Source of the DNA: Amoebophrya sp. A120 | Taxonomy: Eukaryota > Protista > Dinoflagellata | Assembly: GCA_905178155.1 (NCBI GenBank) | Contig: CAJINV010000001.1 | Coordinates: 4,550,233 to 4,614,232 of the forward strand | Direction: 5' to 3' | Length of the DNA: 64,000 bases | Part shown: positions 26,301 to 36,587 of the stretch, piece by piece | Layout of the letters: every line of letters begins with the position of its first letter | Position numbering within the stretch: position 1 is the first letter of the stretch | The notes under the pieces: model-generated | What the model was told of the DNA's origin: nothing | Database searches by the model: none | What the model saw: the letters and a program-made list of their open reading frames with translations, nothing else | Translations under genes and position numbers: made by a program

Positions 26301-29300
26301 GCGTCCGGGCCGGCGGCGACCAGCGGGTCGCTCATCAACACCTGGAAGGTCCTCCCGTCGTCTGCGGAATTGGACACCTGATACCCCGCGGGGGAGTAGG
26401 TTGTCCCCCCGACCGTCGCCCACACGACGCGCACACGAAATAGTTCGGTCGGCTCGAGGAAATCGATCGTGAAGTAACCCAACGCGCTAGCAAAGAAATA
26501 CGTCGTCAGGTCGTTGTCGAATACAAACGCGAGGTCCCGGGTAACGCCCTCGTTCTCGATCCCGACGAGGTTCGTCATGCCCGCGCCCTCCGCCAGCGTC
26601 GTGTTGCCCCGAATCTGCTCCGGATTGTACGGCGCAGCCTCAAGCTCGCGGATTTGGACGAGCTGCTTGTCCTGGTAGGGCGAGGTAATCATGTACACGA
26701 TGACGCAACGAGCGTCGTATGGGAAATATACCACGTCCGCGTCGTAATTGCTCAAATCCGACGTCTTCGACGTGATCAGCGTGACGTCACCAGCCACGTA
26801 CGTGGCCCCGGCGGGCGGCGTCGGGCCGAGGAACTCGCCGCAGGTTTTGGAGAACGCGTACAGGTACCACTCCGAGGCCTTCAGGTTCCAGCTGATACGG
26901 GTGTATGCGATGTTCTGCGTCAGTGTAGTAAACTCGAGCATCGCGACCGCCGTCGTCACGCCGGTGAAGGGCGGGCTGCTCCAGTAGCTCTGCTCGTTCT
27001 TGTCCAACATCGCCTGCGGACCGTAGTCGATCGCGTAGGTCTGGTTGCTCGGATGCAGTCGCGCGAGGTTCCGGTCGAAGTAAATCTCGATCTCCCGGAT
27101 GGTAGCCACGTACTGCCCCGTGCCCGGCCCAGTCAACCGCTCGTCCAGCAGCCGCTCCATCTTCAGCAGAAACCAGCGCCCGCGGAAGTAGGCCGAGGTG
27201 CCGTAGTCCACAATGTAGTCGTTGTTGTCCAAAACCGTGTTCAACTGCACCCACTCCAGCTTCTCACCGTAGTACCCCTCTTCGGCGGTCAAGGTGCCGA
27301 AATCCAAAACCCGGTGGAAGAAGTAAATCTTCCACCCCTCCGCCCACACTGTCTTCCGAAAATCGATTTCGAAGTCAATCGTCACGCGCTGGAACTCAAA
27401 CAAACCCGAGGACCAGTATATAGCCTCCTCAGCCGTTACATTCTCAGCAGCTGTCACGTACCCGACAGCGTTTTTTAAGGCAACCCAGCAAGAGAAAAGC
27501 GCGATACGCTGCGCCGTTCGAATGACAAGTTTTGGACAGATTTCGATGGTGCTATTTGAGGCATCTCAAATTTGTGCTGCGTGGCTACATGAAAACGGGA
27601 AACGTGACGCAGATTTTGCATGACAAACGCGTTGGCTACGTAACAGTTGAGGGTGTAACACCTGAGGAGGCCATACAGTAGGTGTCCATGTCTTGATCCA
27701 AAGCTTTCGAGGGCGCGTAGCGGTCCTTCCACGCGGTCGTAGCAGTTAAATTTCCGGTTTTCCCGGACAACGCATCTTGCACCTTAAAGTGGATAGAAAA
27801 TCGATCAAAACATTTTCATCCGATCTAACGAACGAGATTCCATCTGATTGAATCACTGGTGGTGGTGCACTGCCAATCGTATAATTGAAAAAGCAGTATC
27901 TATTGGCATTCACTACTCCTTCCTCCGGTGGGATGGTTGCCCAGACCTCGAGCGTGACGTCCTGCATGTCTTGCTTCGCCATGTAGGGCGTCACCATGTA
28001 TTGGTTTTTCAGCGTTTTGTCGAAGATCAGCCCCTGCCCCTGCACGACTTGCACCCCGCCCGAGTCCAGCAGGTGCAAGTTCCCCACCTGGTCGAGCACC
28101 GACCCGGTCGCCTGGAAGTTCCATTCGGCCAGCTTGGAGTAGCACTTGTCCCTATCACATTGAAAAGTGCCCCCCCTCCCAGATGAACTTGGCAGCATCT
28201 ACACTGCAACACTTCGCTTCCCAATGGAAACGCTCCCCATCTTGCATGCATCAGCGTCACAACCACAAGTCTTCAATGCTGAGAGAATAGCTAAAATCTC
28301 TGCTTGCATCAGAAACTTTTGCAACTTCCGGGGTCGTGGGGGCACTTTTCATTGTAGTAGTCCCGCGGCACGAGGTCGCAGATCGCGTTGACGCAATCCA
28401 GAGTGTTCACCGGCCACAGCGTGTTGTTCTTGCTGCCCTGGTGATGCAGCACGAAGCTCGTGAAGAACTGCCGCGCGAGAATGTTGGGCGCGCAAAACCC
28501 GCCCCACGTGTCAAACGGACGTCCCGGGCACTCCGTCATGAAATGCGAGCTCACGCCGTTGAAAAGATCGAGGGCAGATCCGACCTGGAAGGGGGTATAT
28601 TCATATTCTGACTGACACGCCATGTGTCAAATTAAATTCCCTCGTGCGGGAAGGAGGGACACCCCCGTACTTCCACCTCGAATTCGAAATACTAAACAGA
28701 GACGAGGCATTTCTATGTTTATCTCTTCGTTTCAGGCTGCTGCAACCTAGTAGTGTACTTTTCGAGTTCTACCTGATGGCTGTTGCTTCGCGCGGCCTGC
28801 TCCTGGACAATGGGATCGCAGGACACCCAAGGGTCGTTGCCGTCGCCGATCGCGTTGTAGACGCAGGTCTTGATTTCCGTGATCTCGTTCTCGTTCAGCT
28901 CGTGCAAGTAGTTTCCCGCGAAGATGCAGCTCGCGCAGGCCTGACCCGCTGGGTAGTGCTGGAACGTGACCTGCACGGGCGGGCCGCAGTGGAACACGCA
29001 ATCGGGCTCCGGAAACTGGCGCAAGCAGTCGAAGCACGCCTATCAAAATGAAAAATCCCCCACCCCATATCAAAACGAAGCTTGCGGCGCTGGATTGTCG
29101 CACACAGATCAGATCTGTCTTGCTGGAGAGGACTGCAGCCCCATACTAAGCCCGAGCAGAGAGGTTTTGGACTAGGCTCTTAGCATGAGAAACGTCTGCG
29201 CTATAGGCCCAGCAGCATCACAAATCGCCTGCATAATGCGGCGGAGCGAGTGGAGTTGCATTCTTGCAAGACAGAGATGATTTGTGGTCGCATATCAGCA

Positions 29301-32300
29301 TTGCAAATTTTCTGCGACGTGCCTTTTCGATATGGGGAGGGGGCATTTTTCCTCACAATAACGCCAGCCGCGTGGTCTGCAGTCCGCGCAACGGGTAAAT
29401 CAGCTGCGGCGTGGCGATATCAAATGTAAAAATGTCTGGGTCTGGAAGATTGCAACTTGTCGTGCTAAATCTGCAGCATGCAAAAATCTGTGTTGCATGA
29501 TTACCAAAAGTCGCCGAATTTTGACCAAGTCGGGAGGTAGTTTCTCATGCAGGATAGGCATTAGAAAGTCCTCGCAGAATCTGTCATGCTAGCTCCGGCA
29601 TTCCAGACCTCATGGGTCATGGAAAAGCAGCATGACAAATCGCGCACTCTTCCAGACCCAGACATTTTTACACTTGATAGGCGACGCCCCCGCGCTCGTT
29701 TTGGTACACCGAAATCGTCTCCATCTTGTAGACCGTGCCTTGCCGGCAGTAGTCGTCGTACGTGCCGCACTGCGTTTTGGGGCAGCTGCTGAACAGCTCG
29801 CACAAGCCTTTGGGTACCGCATACATGTCCCAGAATGTGAAGAAGTTGCACCCGCTCGCACGGTCGCAGTACTCGTAGCACTCGTCGGGGGTGATGGGCT
29901 CCAGCAGAGAAGCGCCGGTGTACGATCGCATCAAGATCGCGCTCTTGCTCTGTCCCGCACCGGGCTGGCACATCGCGCCTTGTACAAAGGTAATGTAGCC
30001 CGGCTCGCAGTTGCACACGTCACCCCGCAGTCTTCCGTCCTTCACGTTGCCGTTGTCTAGGCGAAAATCGACGAACCCCTTGTTGATCGGATCTGGTGCG
30101 AGCGGGTTGCCCAGACGCAGGTTCAGCGGAGACTGTCGGCATTGCCCGGCTTTCAGGACGTAACTGGAATTCATTCACGTTGTCGAAGAGATAGATAGAT
30201 ATTGTTAAAAGAAAGTGTGTTTCAAAATTTTCCGGACAGAAACAGGATCAGAAAGCAAATAAGAATGAATAACACGGCGATCAGTATAGTAAAACCCGAC
30301 TTATTTCAATAAAATACTTGCACTGCGAGTGGTAGGTGCAGCCTCGGCACACCGGCGCCCGGATGTAGCTCATTGGTTGCAGATTCGAGAACGTGTACAG
30401 GTCCGTCCCCACGTCGCTGACTTCCAGGCAGCGGCAGAACATCCCGTACCGCGCCCCGCAGCGGCTCTGGTAAAACACGGAGTAGTAGTTTTGGATGTCG
30501 AACAGCCGCACGCAGTACTCGCAGTTGCAGTCGGCGGGCTGGTAGAACATCAAGGGGTCCGTTTCGTGCTCGCGCACGCAGTACTCGAACATGCGCTGGC
30601 GGCGAAAGGCGACGGCCGTGTTGTCCAGAATGTGCGGGTCGTCCACCAGCACCGCCCGGGTGCCGTCGCTGGACGTCAGCCACAGGCTGTCCGCGTGCGC
30701 GTTGTAGTGCACCGTTTTGTTGCACCCGAGATAGTATCCTGTGCAAAAGTATCGCACTCGTATAAATGCAAGTCTTGCATTACAAATCTTGTTCCCAAGG
30801 CAAATCCGCACTACAAATTTTATTTCTCACGCTGAGCAAATTTGTAATGCATTTATACGAATACGATACTTTTGCAGTTCATAGAAAGTACTGGTGCACG
30901 TGGTTCCACTGAATCGTGTCCCCCCGCAGCCCCATGCGCTCGTTGTTCGTCACCGGGTTCACGTCCAGGCACCGCTGCGCGTCCCAGTCCTGGCCCGTGC
31001 GGTACTTCGCGCTCACCCGCAGGGCGGCCCGCGCGACGTTCCGCAGCCCGATGGCGCAGTTCAGCAGCGTCTTGGTCCCCCGCGGCCCCTTTTTGCTCGC
31101 GTCCCCCGTGAAGTCCGCCCCGTACTTGCAGGGATCCTCGCTCTTCCGCGGGTAATTCTTGGAAAGGCGGCAGTACATCTCATCCGAGGTGCAGGGGGGC
31201 ATGGACTCGAAGTGCCAGTCAAGAATGTCTTATGACGCTGCACTACTCGCCCTCCCTTCATTTGTCACGCTTCACAGACTGCGGGACTCAAGCCCGGGGG
31301 GGTGCGCGGTCCGAGGGGTGCACAAGGCAATGCCACGGCCACACCAACCCACGAGAAAGGCCTCGACCAGAGACAGGCCGGCGATGAGGTTAGGGCACGA
31401 CGAGCTGGGAGCGCCTGCATTTCGCCCCTTCTGGGAGTGTCTGCAAAATGCGCAAAATGTGCAAAATGCGCACAATGCACAGAATACTGCGCGCAAGATG
31501 TGCAAAATGTGCAAAATGTGCAAAATGCGCAAAATGTGCAAAATGCGCAAAATGCGCAAAATGCAGATGAATATTGCCCTGCAGATGAGCGAGAGGGGTA
31601 GTTGTGCAAAATGCGCACAATGCCCAGAATACCGTGCCAAAACGCGCAGAATGCGCAAAATGTGCAGCATGCGCAAAATGCATATGAACGGGGGAGTTGT
31701 GCAATCTGCAAAATGCGCAAAATGCAGATGAATATTGCCCTGCAGATGAGGGAGAGAGGGGGAGTTGTGCAACCTGATATGTCCACGGACTGCATCTGGG
31801 ACTCCTTGGTGGAGGAGGTGAACCCCACGTACCCCCGGCCTGGGTAAATGCCGTCGTCGTCGGCGTTGTTCAAATAGTTGATGTCGAACTTGAACGTCCC
31901 GAGATTGTCCGACGCAACGACCTGGGAGAGGTCCAAAGGCGTGATCAGCTTCTTCACCCCGTCCAGGTACACTTTCAAAATTCCCACCCTGCCGGTGGCC
32001 TGGCGGCGCAAAAAATCCGGTTGCACATCCCCAAACCACGTCGGCTCGTAGTACTCATCGGACTTCACGTCCTGCGTTTCATACACGATGTCGACCTTGT
32101 GCGTACCCTCCTGCAACTTTGGCAAGTCACTGGTTTCCGCGATCCGGCTGTTTTCGTGGCTCGCGGTCGTCGGCTGCCCGTCCCGCATCGAGGTCATGAT
32201 CCCGATGTGGTTGTCCGTTTCGTCCTTCATGTCAAAATCCCGGTACATATCGAATTCAATCGCGAGCGTGAAGAACAATCCGGAGAATCCCATCCCCGCC

Positions 32301-33505
32301 CGCTCCAGCCCAAGCGCATCACGCTTGTTATTCTGGATCACAAACGCGAACCCGTCCCCACCCTGCTTGTAGCACCATTGCGATTCTTTTCCCGCGACCT
32401 TGCACTCCTCCTTCCGGTGTAAAACGCGGAAGTGAAAGGAAGTTTTGAATCCATACGCGACGAACACCTTCTTCTTTCGGTAGATCGAAGCCCAATTTTG
32501 CGCGGTGGGGTTGGTCAGCCGCAGCCCGAAGTGGCAGACTTGCGGCCTTTTGTGGGGAAGTGCAATGTCGGGAATAAAGTCGTCGGGAACGAATTCAATG
32601 GTGCGATTTGCCTCGGTGAAGCTGCTGTTGAAGATGCGGCTCGCGTATTACAGTGAAAAGTGCCCCCCCACCCCTGAAATCGCAAAAATTTGTGATGCGA
32701 AGTTTCCAAATGAACACTTTTTGTCATGCATGAAAGCAGTATGAATCTTTCTGATGCTGAGTCTAGGCGTGTGTCGCATCGCTTGCATGACAAGCGCCGC
32801 TCTTGCTGGGGTCTTTTGCAATACAAATTTTTACTATTCACGTTTGGAAACCTGTGATGCTGATAGATGCAAGAGGGCGAATGTTTCACTTGGCAAGGTT
32901 TGCAATACAAATGCTCCCAAGTTCGGGGGTGGGGGCATTTTTCATTGTAATATCGCGAACGGGTTGTTCACGTAGTCGGGCAGGAGAAACGCGTTTTCCC
33001 GCAGGTTCAGCGGCTTGTACCGCGTCTGGAGGTACTGAAACTGCGCGCCCTGCACGTCCCCGTACTGCTTCGACGTGACCTCGTCCAAGTCGCTCGGCCG
33101 CGTACCGTTGTTGGCGACCCGCTCGGCCTCCAGGTTTGCCGCGTTTGCCTCGGGTACCGGGGTGAAGTCTTCCTGTAGCTCGCAGTTCTCCAGGTAGGCG
33201 GTCGAGAAGAAGGCTGGGTTTTGCTGTGGATCGGTCACCGTCCCGCCGGTCAGATAAAAATCTTCCGCTTGGGTGCCCGTGACGTCGACGTAGCTGCGGA
33301 AACCCGGATAGGCGAAGATGTCGCGGGGGGACGTTTGGCCCGGGACGCCCACAGCTTGCTGTCCCCGCACGCTGAGGTGCAAATGGCCGCCGAAAAAAAG
33401 TCCTAGTAGCAGCGAAAGAGAGGAAAGAAGATCCCGCCGGCACCAGGGGAGCTCCGAAGAGAACACGCACTGGGTACTGATTCGCTTCCGTAGCTTTGAA
33501 GACAT
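20328..33505 (-). CDS. Very large secreted adhesin-like protein: signal-like N-terminus, L-type lectin, Cys-rich/PAN-apple, LamG split by tandem discoidin (F5/8C)-like domains, EGF-like C-terminus
   Basis: Hydrophobic LLSSLSLLLGLFF near the N-terminus. Lectin motifs LRLT..GFKTSF, GDGFAFVIQ, LAIEFD, NHIGI, YVGFTSST, DILDWHF. PAN-like ECYEYCDRASGCNFFTF. Repeated A.D....TYW / ARYLKL / IREIEIY discoidin motifs. LamG motifs VHVVTTFD..YRNG..FHGTI. EGF CSGQGAC..CDCLPGYSGDACQ. Frames join across all 11 introners. A few canonical junctions (about 24750-24950 and 27460-27930) are uncertain, so a split into two genes is not excluded. Confidence 0.75.
21929..22104. mobile_element. TIR introner, singleton G
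   Basis: TATCAAACAAAAAAGTG ... CACTTTTTCCTGTAATA. DR AACAC. Splicing gives KWFVFLFRP. Confidence 0.85.
22360..22504. mobile_element. TIR introner, family B
   Basis: TATGAATTGCAAAAGTATCGTACTCGTAT ... ATACGAGTACGATAGTTTTGCACAGGATA. DR CCGCC. Confidence 0.93.
22544..22851. mobile_element. TIR introner, singleton H with a long TIR of about 57 bp
   Basis: TATGGAAGCGTCAGGTTTGAAATCGACAAAGTTGAAA ... TTTCAACTTTGACGATTTCAAACCTGACACATCCATA. DR CCACA. Splicing gives EIRVWEAV. Confidence 0.93.
23612..23848. mobile_element. TIR introner, family F
   Basis: TATCAAAGTGCACCACTC ... GAGTTGTGCACTCTCATA. DR TGTCC/GGTCC. Splicing gives DDSLDTFW. Confidence 0.85.
24071..24333. mobile_element. TIR introner, family A
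   Basis: TATCAAATGCAAAAATGTCTGGGTCTGGAA ... TTCCAGACCCAGACATTTTTACATTTGATA. DR GTACT. Splicing gives EAQYVRLTM. Confidence 0.94.
28153..28359. mobile_element. TIR introner, family C-related
   Basis: TATCACATTGAAAAGTGCCCCC ... GGGGGCACTTTTCATTGTAGTA. DR GTCCC. Splicing gives VPRDKCY. Confidence 0.9.
29041..29360. mobile_element. TIR introner, family D
   Basis: TATCAAAATGAAAAATCCCCCACCCCATATC ... GATATGGGGAGGGGGCATTTTTCCTCACAATA. DR ACGCC. Confidence 0.92.
29418..29679. mobile_element. TIR introner, family A
   Basis: TATCAAATGTAAAAATGTCTGGGTCTGGAAGA ... TCTTCCAGACCCAGACATTTTTACACTTGATA. DR GGCGA. Confidence 0.94.
30735..30883. mobile_element. TIR introner, family B (opposite orientation to the 6152 and 22360 copies)
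   Basis: TATCCTGTGCAAAAGTATCGCACTCGTATAAATGCA ... TGCATTTATACGAATACGATACTTTTGCAGTTCATA. DR GATAG/GAAAG. Confidence 0.92.
31231..31779. mobile_element. TIR introner, family F, expanded by a 9-bp minisatellite
   Basis: TATGACGCTGCACTACTCGCCCTCCC ... GAGGGGGAGTTGTGCAACCTGATA. DR TGTCT/TGTCC. Splicing gives QSVDILDWHF, the end of the lectin domain. Confidence 0.87.
31443..31724. repeat. GCAAAATG(C/T) 9-bp tandem repeat arrays inside an introner
   Basis: Directly visible tandem units, interrupted by reiterated copies of the element's right end. Confidence 0.95.
32646..32952. mobile_element. TIR introner, family C
   Basis: TATTACAGTGAAAAGTGCCCCCCCACCCC ... GGGGTGGGGGCATTTTTCATTGTAATA. DR TCGCG. 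Highly similar to 52868-53173. Confidence 0.94.
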
Positions 33506-34339
33506 GGTGCTGGTGGACACGTCGCAAGCCGGCCGCGTATGATTTCCACGCGCCTCCTGCTTCCGGTCGCTAGCGCTACGCGAACGACCGCAACTGCGGT
33601 GCAATGTCCGCTGCGGAAAAAGTTTCAAATGTGGTGGTGGCAACAGGTTGCCAGGAGCTCCAGTGTGGCAAAGCCAGTTCTCGCCCGCATCGTTCTGCGC
33701 TCGCGCCCTCCCCCGTCGCCGGCGACGCTTGCAAAACCATCTGCGAGGTGGAATGGCTTTCCGGCAGTGAAGATTCCCAGCTCCGTCTTCTAAACCGAAA
33801 TCGCCAGTCGTGGACATCCATGGTCGGCCTCGCTCCAGGAGGCCACACCGCCTCTGGCTGCGCATCCTCCGACATGGAGCTGCGCCGAGGCGGTCAGCGG
33901 AGCGCATGCATCATGCTCTCTGACTGCCTCTCAGCTACGCGGAAGCCACACGGACCACAACGCCTGAGCTGCCTCCTCTACAATAAAGTAAGATTAGGAC
34001 GAAATTGAGGCACATTAGGAATAAACCACACACGTCTTCAAATTGCACACATCAAGCCCCTCACGCTTAATATAACCGCATACATACATTCTCTCAGATG
34101 GATCCCGCCGGCTCCTCCCGTGGTGTGAAGATCCATTCGTCTCTCAAGAGAACGGAGGCAAGCTGCGATGCAGACAGATCAGCAGCGCTAAGAAGTGCGG
34201 GCGCCGCTGGAAGGCCAATGGCGTAGCACCGCTTGTTAAATCTGCTTCTTCTTCTTCTTGGAATTGTCCTTCATCGTGCGCCAGAAAGATAGTTAGCACA
34301 GCAGAACTGAGAATCAGACAACACACAGACGCAAGCAAA

Positions 34340-35431
34340 CTAGCTCTCTATCTCCAAAGTGATTCCCGCTTTATCTTCTAGGAACTTCGCCAAATACGTG
34401 TAGTCAATGATCTCCCCCTGTTTCCGAGCGTCGTCGCATTCCCCCTGGTAAAACGACGCTGCATCGTCTAAGAGCTCCGCAACGCGCGGCAGAATTGCTG
34501 TCTGATGACCACCCTCTGGATGCTGGCCCACAGAACTGGCATCCAAAATCAGATTTCTTGCTGCGTCGCAATCCTTTTGCATCAGCTGCAAGTCGAATCC
34601 ATACCCGAACCGGCGTGAAAACACCTCCTCCGGCACGCGCTGTATGCTCTGGAGCGACCGCCCGGAGCTGCTGTTGATGCAGCGAAGCGCTTTCTCCAAG
34701 TCTAGCCTGTCCCCGAAGAGTTTTCGCAACACCAGCAGTCCCTCGACGGTCGTCGCCAAATTCGCACTGTTCAATATGTTATTGATCGACTTTACCGCGT
34801 GTGCACTCCCAAGGGCACCGCAGGATTCCCGCTTCGCGGCAAAGGCACTGGCAAAGTGCTTCGCGTACGCCACGGCGGCTGTCGAATTCCCACCGAACAT
34901 GGCCGTCACCGTCGCTGCCTGGGCACCGCGAGGGCCGCCGGAGACGGGACAATCCACGAAGGTGATACCGTGCTCAGCAAGCATCTCGCCGATTTCTATG
35001 GTGTGCGCGTACTCTCCAGAGGTGCAGTCGATTAGGAGTGATACCGGGCGAAGAGCTGATCTAGGGGATAATATTCTCTCGCTTTCAGTAGAAGGCTCCG
35101 ATGCAGTACCATGGAGGTCGAACCGATGCTCATCATCCACCAAGCCTTCCCCCACTGCTCGGCGTCTGGCCTCGATAATGCGCGAGGCCACGTCATGAAC
35201 CTCGCGCCAGCACGGGAGGCACGAAAACAAAGTGGGACATCGGAAGTCTTCGATCTCGGCAACCGCAGTAGTTCCGTGCTCCATTGCATGTAGGGTTGCA
35301 ACGTGCGTCGTGCGATTCCACACAGCGCACGGACCGAATTTCTTATGTAGGTGCGCTGCCATCGGAAACCCCATGCGCCCAAGGCCCACGAAGCCTACAC
35401 GCGCAGCTGAGCTACTAGTGGAGGACGACAT
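34340..35431 (-). CDS. 3-hydroxyisobutyrate dehydrogenase / beta-hydroxyacid dehydrogenase family, intronless
   Basis: Rossmann VGFVGLGRMGFPMA, VWNRT, DCPVSGG, catalytic-Lys motif AHAVKSINN, and F.L.LMQKD. First ATG before the Rossmann motif is at 35431. Confidence 0.9.
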   Translation of the reverse strand: MSSSTSSSAARVGFVGLGRMGFPMAAHLHKKFGPCAVWNRTTHVATLHAMEHGTTAVAEIEDFRCPTLFSCLPCWREVHDVASRIIEARRRAVGEGLVDDEHRFDLHGTASEPSTESERILSPRSALRPVSLLIDCTSGEYAHTIEIGEMLAEHGITFVDCPVSGGPRGAQAATVTAMFGGNSTAAVAYAKHFASAFAAKRESCGALGSAHAVKSINNILNSANLATTVEGLLVLRKLFGDRLDLEKALRCINSSSGRSLQSIQRVPEEVFSRRFGYGFDLQLMQKDCDAARNLILDASSVGQHPEGGHQTAILPRVAELLDDAASFYQGECDDARKQGEIIDYTYLAKFLEDKAGITLEIES

Positions 35432-35878
35432 GCTTGCCGAACGGCTGTTGCTAAGAGCTGAATCGAGACAAAACGTGACCAGAAAATGGGACAACCAGCG
35501 AGTTAGTTTTTTAACCGCATCACTTTCACACACTGTTGTCTGAGGCCAGAGCCAGACTATTGTAGGTTCCACGCGTTGCTTTAGGAACAAAAGCACTTCT
35601 CCCTCTCTCTACATTGAACGATCCCGGAAGCGCACAGATGACAGCAACAAAGCAGAAGCAATGAACACGAGTAGCTTGCAAGAGAGTACAGTAGAGGCGG
35701 GGAAGCCTTCTGAATTTCTGGACCTGCCTCGACAGATGAATATTCCACTGTTGCTCCCTATGAGCAACGACACAAACTAAACGGACTTGTCATAGGACTT
35801 CTGTTCACTCTTTCCGTGTTTTACGAAAGGAGCAGTGCGCACGTTCAAAATTTCATTCGATTGGGCACAACGGCTCGC

Positions 35879-36587
35879 TTACTTCTTCTCAGCCTTCTTT
35901 TTCTTCGGGGCCGGAGCGTCCTCCTCCTTCTTGGCCTTTTCCTTCTCCTGAAGGACCTGCTTGACGCATCGCTGTTCCTCGATCAGGAAGGCACGGATGA
36001 CACTGTAGTGGATTTTTTTAACGTATCGGGAACATCAACAGACCTTCCTGACCGACACGTCGCGACACACACAAGACAACACACCAAACAAAAAGCCTAA
36101 TGTTGTTGACATCAAAATGACAAATGTAAAGCACAAACACAATTTGGAAGTAATAAGTACCGCTGGCGCACGGCTCCGGCGGAAAGGGTACCACCGTAGG
36201 CGCGGGCAACCTTGCGCTGTCTCTTCTTCAAGGTCTTGTACTTGTGCGGGCGCAGAGTCGGCACACCGATCAGCGGCTTCTTGGTGTCACCGCATTTCGG
36301 GGCCTTGGCCTTCTTCGTGACGACCTGGTAGTTTGGAAATTTGGCGATTTTAGTGGACAATTCTACAGGGAGAGAGAACCAGCAGTGAGAAGCGAAAGAA
36401 CAGAATCGAATTTAGATTGAGATTTAAAAACGCGAGCCTTTCGGCGTTAGTATTCGCGAAAATCTAAATCATAACTAGCTGGCCCTACCTGGTAGGTCAA
36501 GCGACCACCCGGAGTCTTCACGAAGCGGTGCTTGTTGGAACGGGTGTTCCAGGAAACGTGGCGGCGGAAAGTCTGACGAGTCACCAT
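35879..36587 (-). CDS. RPL34: 60S ribosomal protein L34, 3 exons
   Basis: MVTRQTFRRHVSWNTRSNKHRFVKTPGGRLTYQ|VVTKKAKAPKCGD...VARAYGG...VRQR|VIRAFLIEEQRCVKQVL. Two GT-AG introns. Confidence 0.96.

Noticed and set aside
31159-31847. ORFs with CKM/AQN/FAH/LRI repeats
   Set aside because: These are translations of the 9-bp minisatellite inside an introner.
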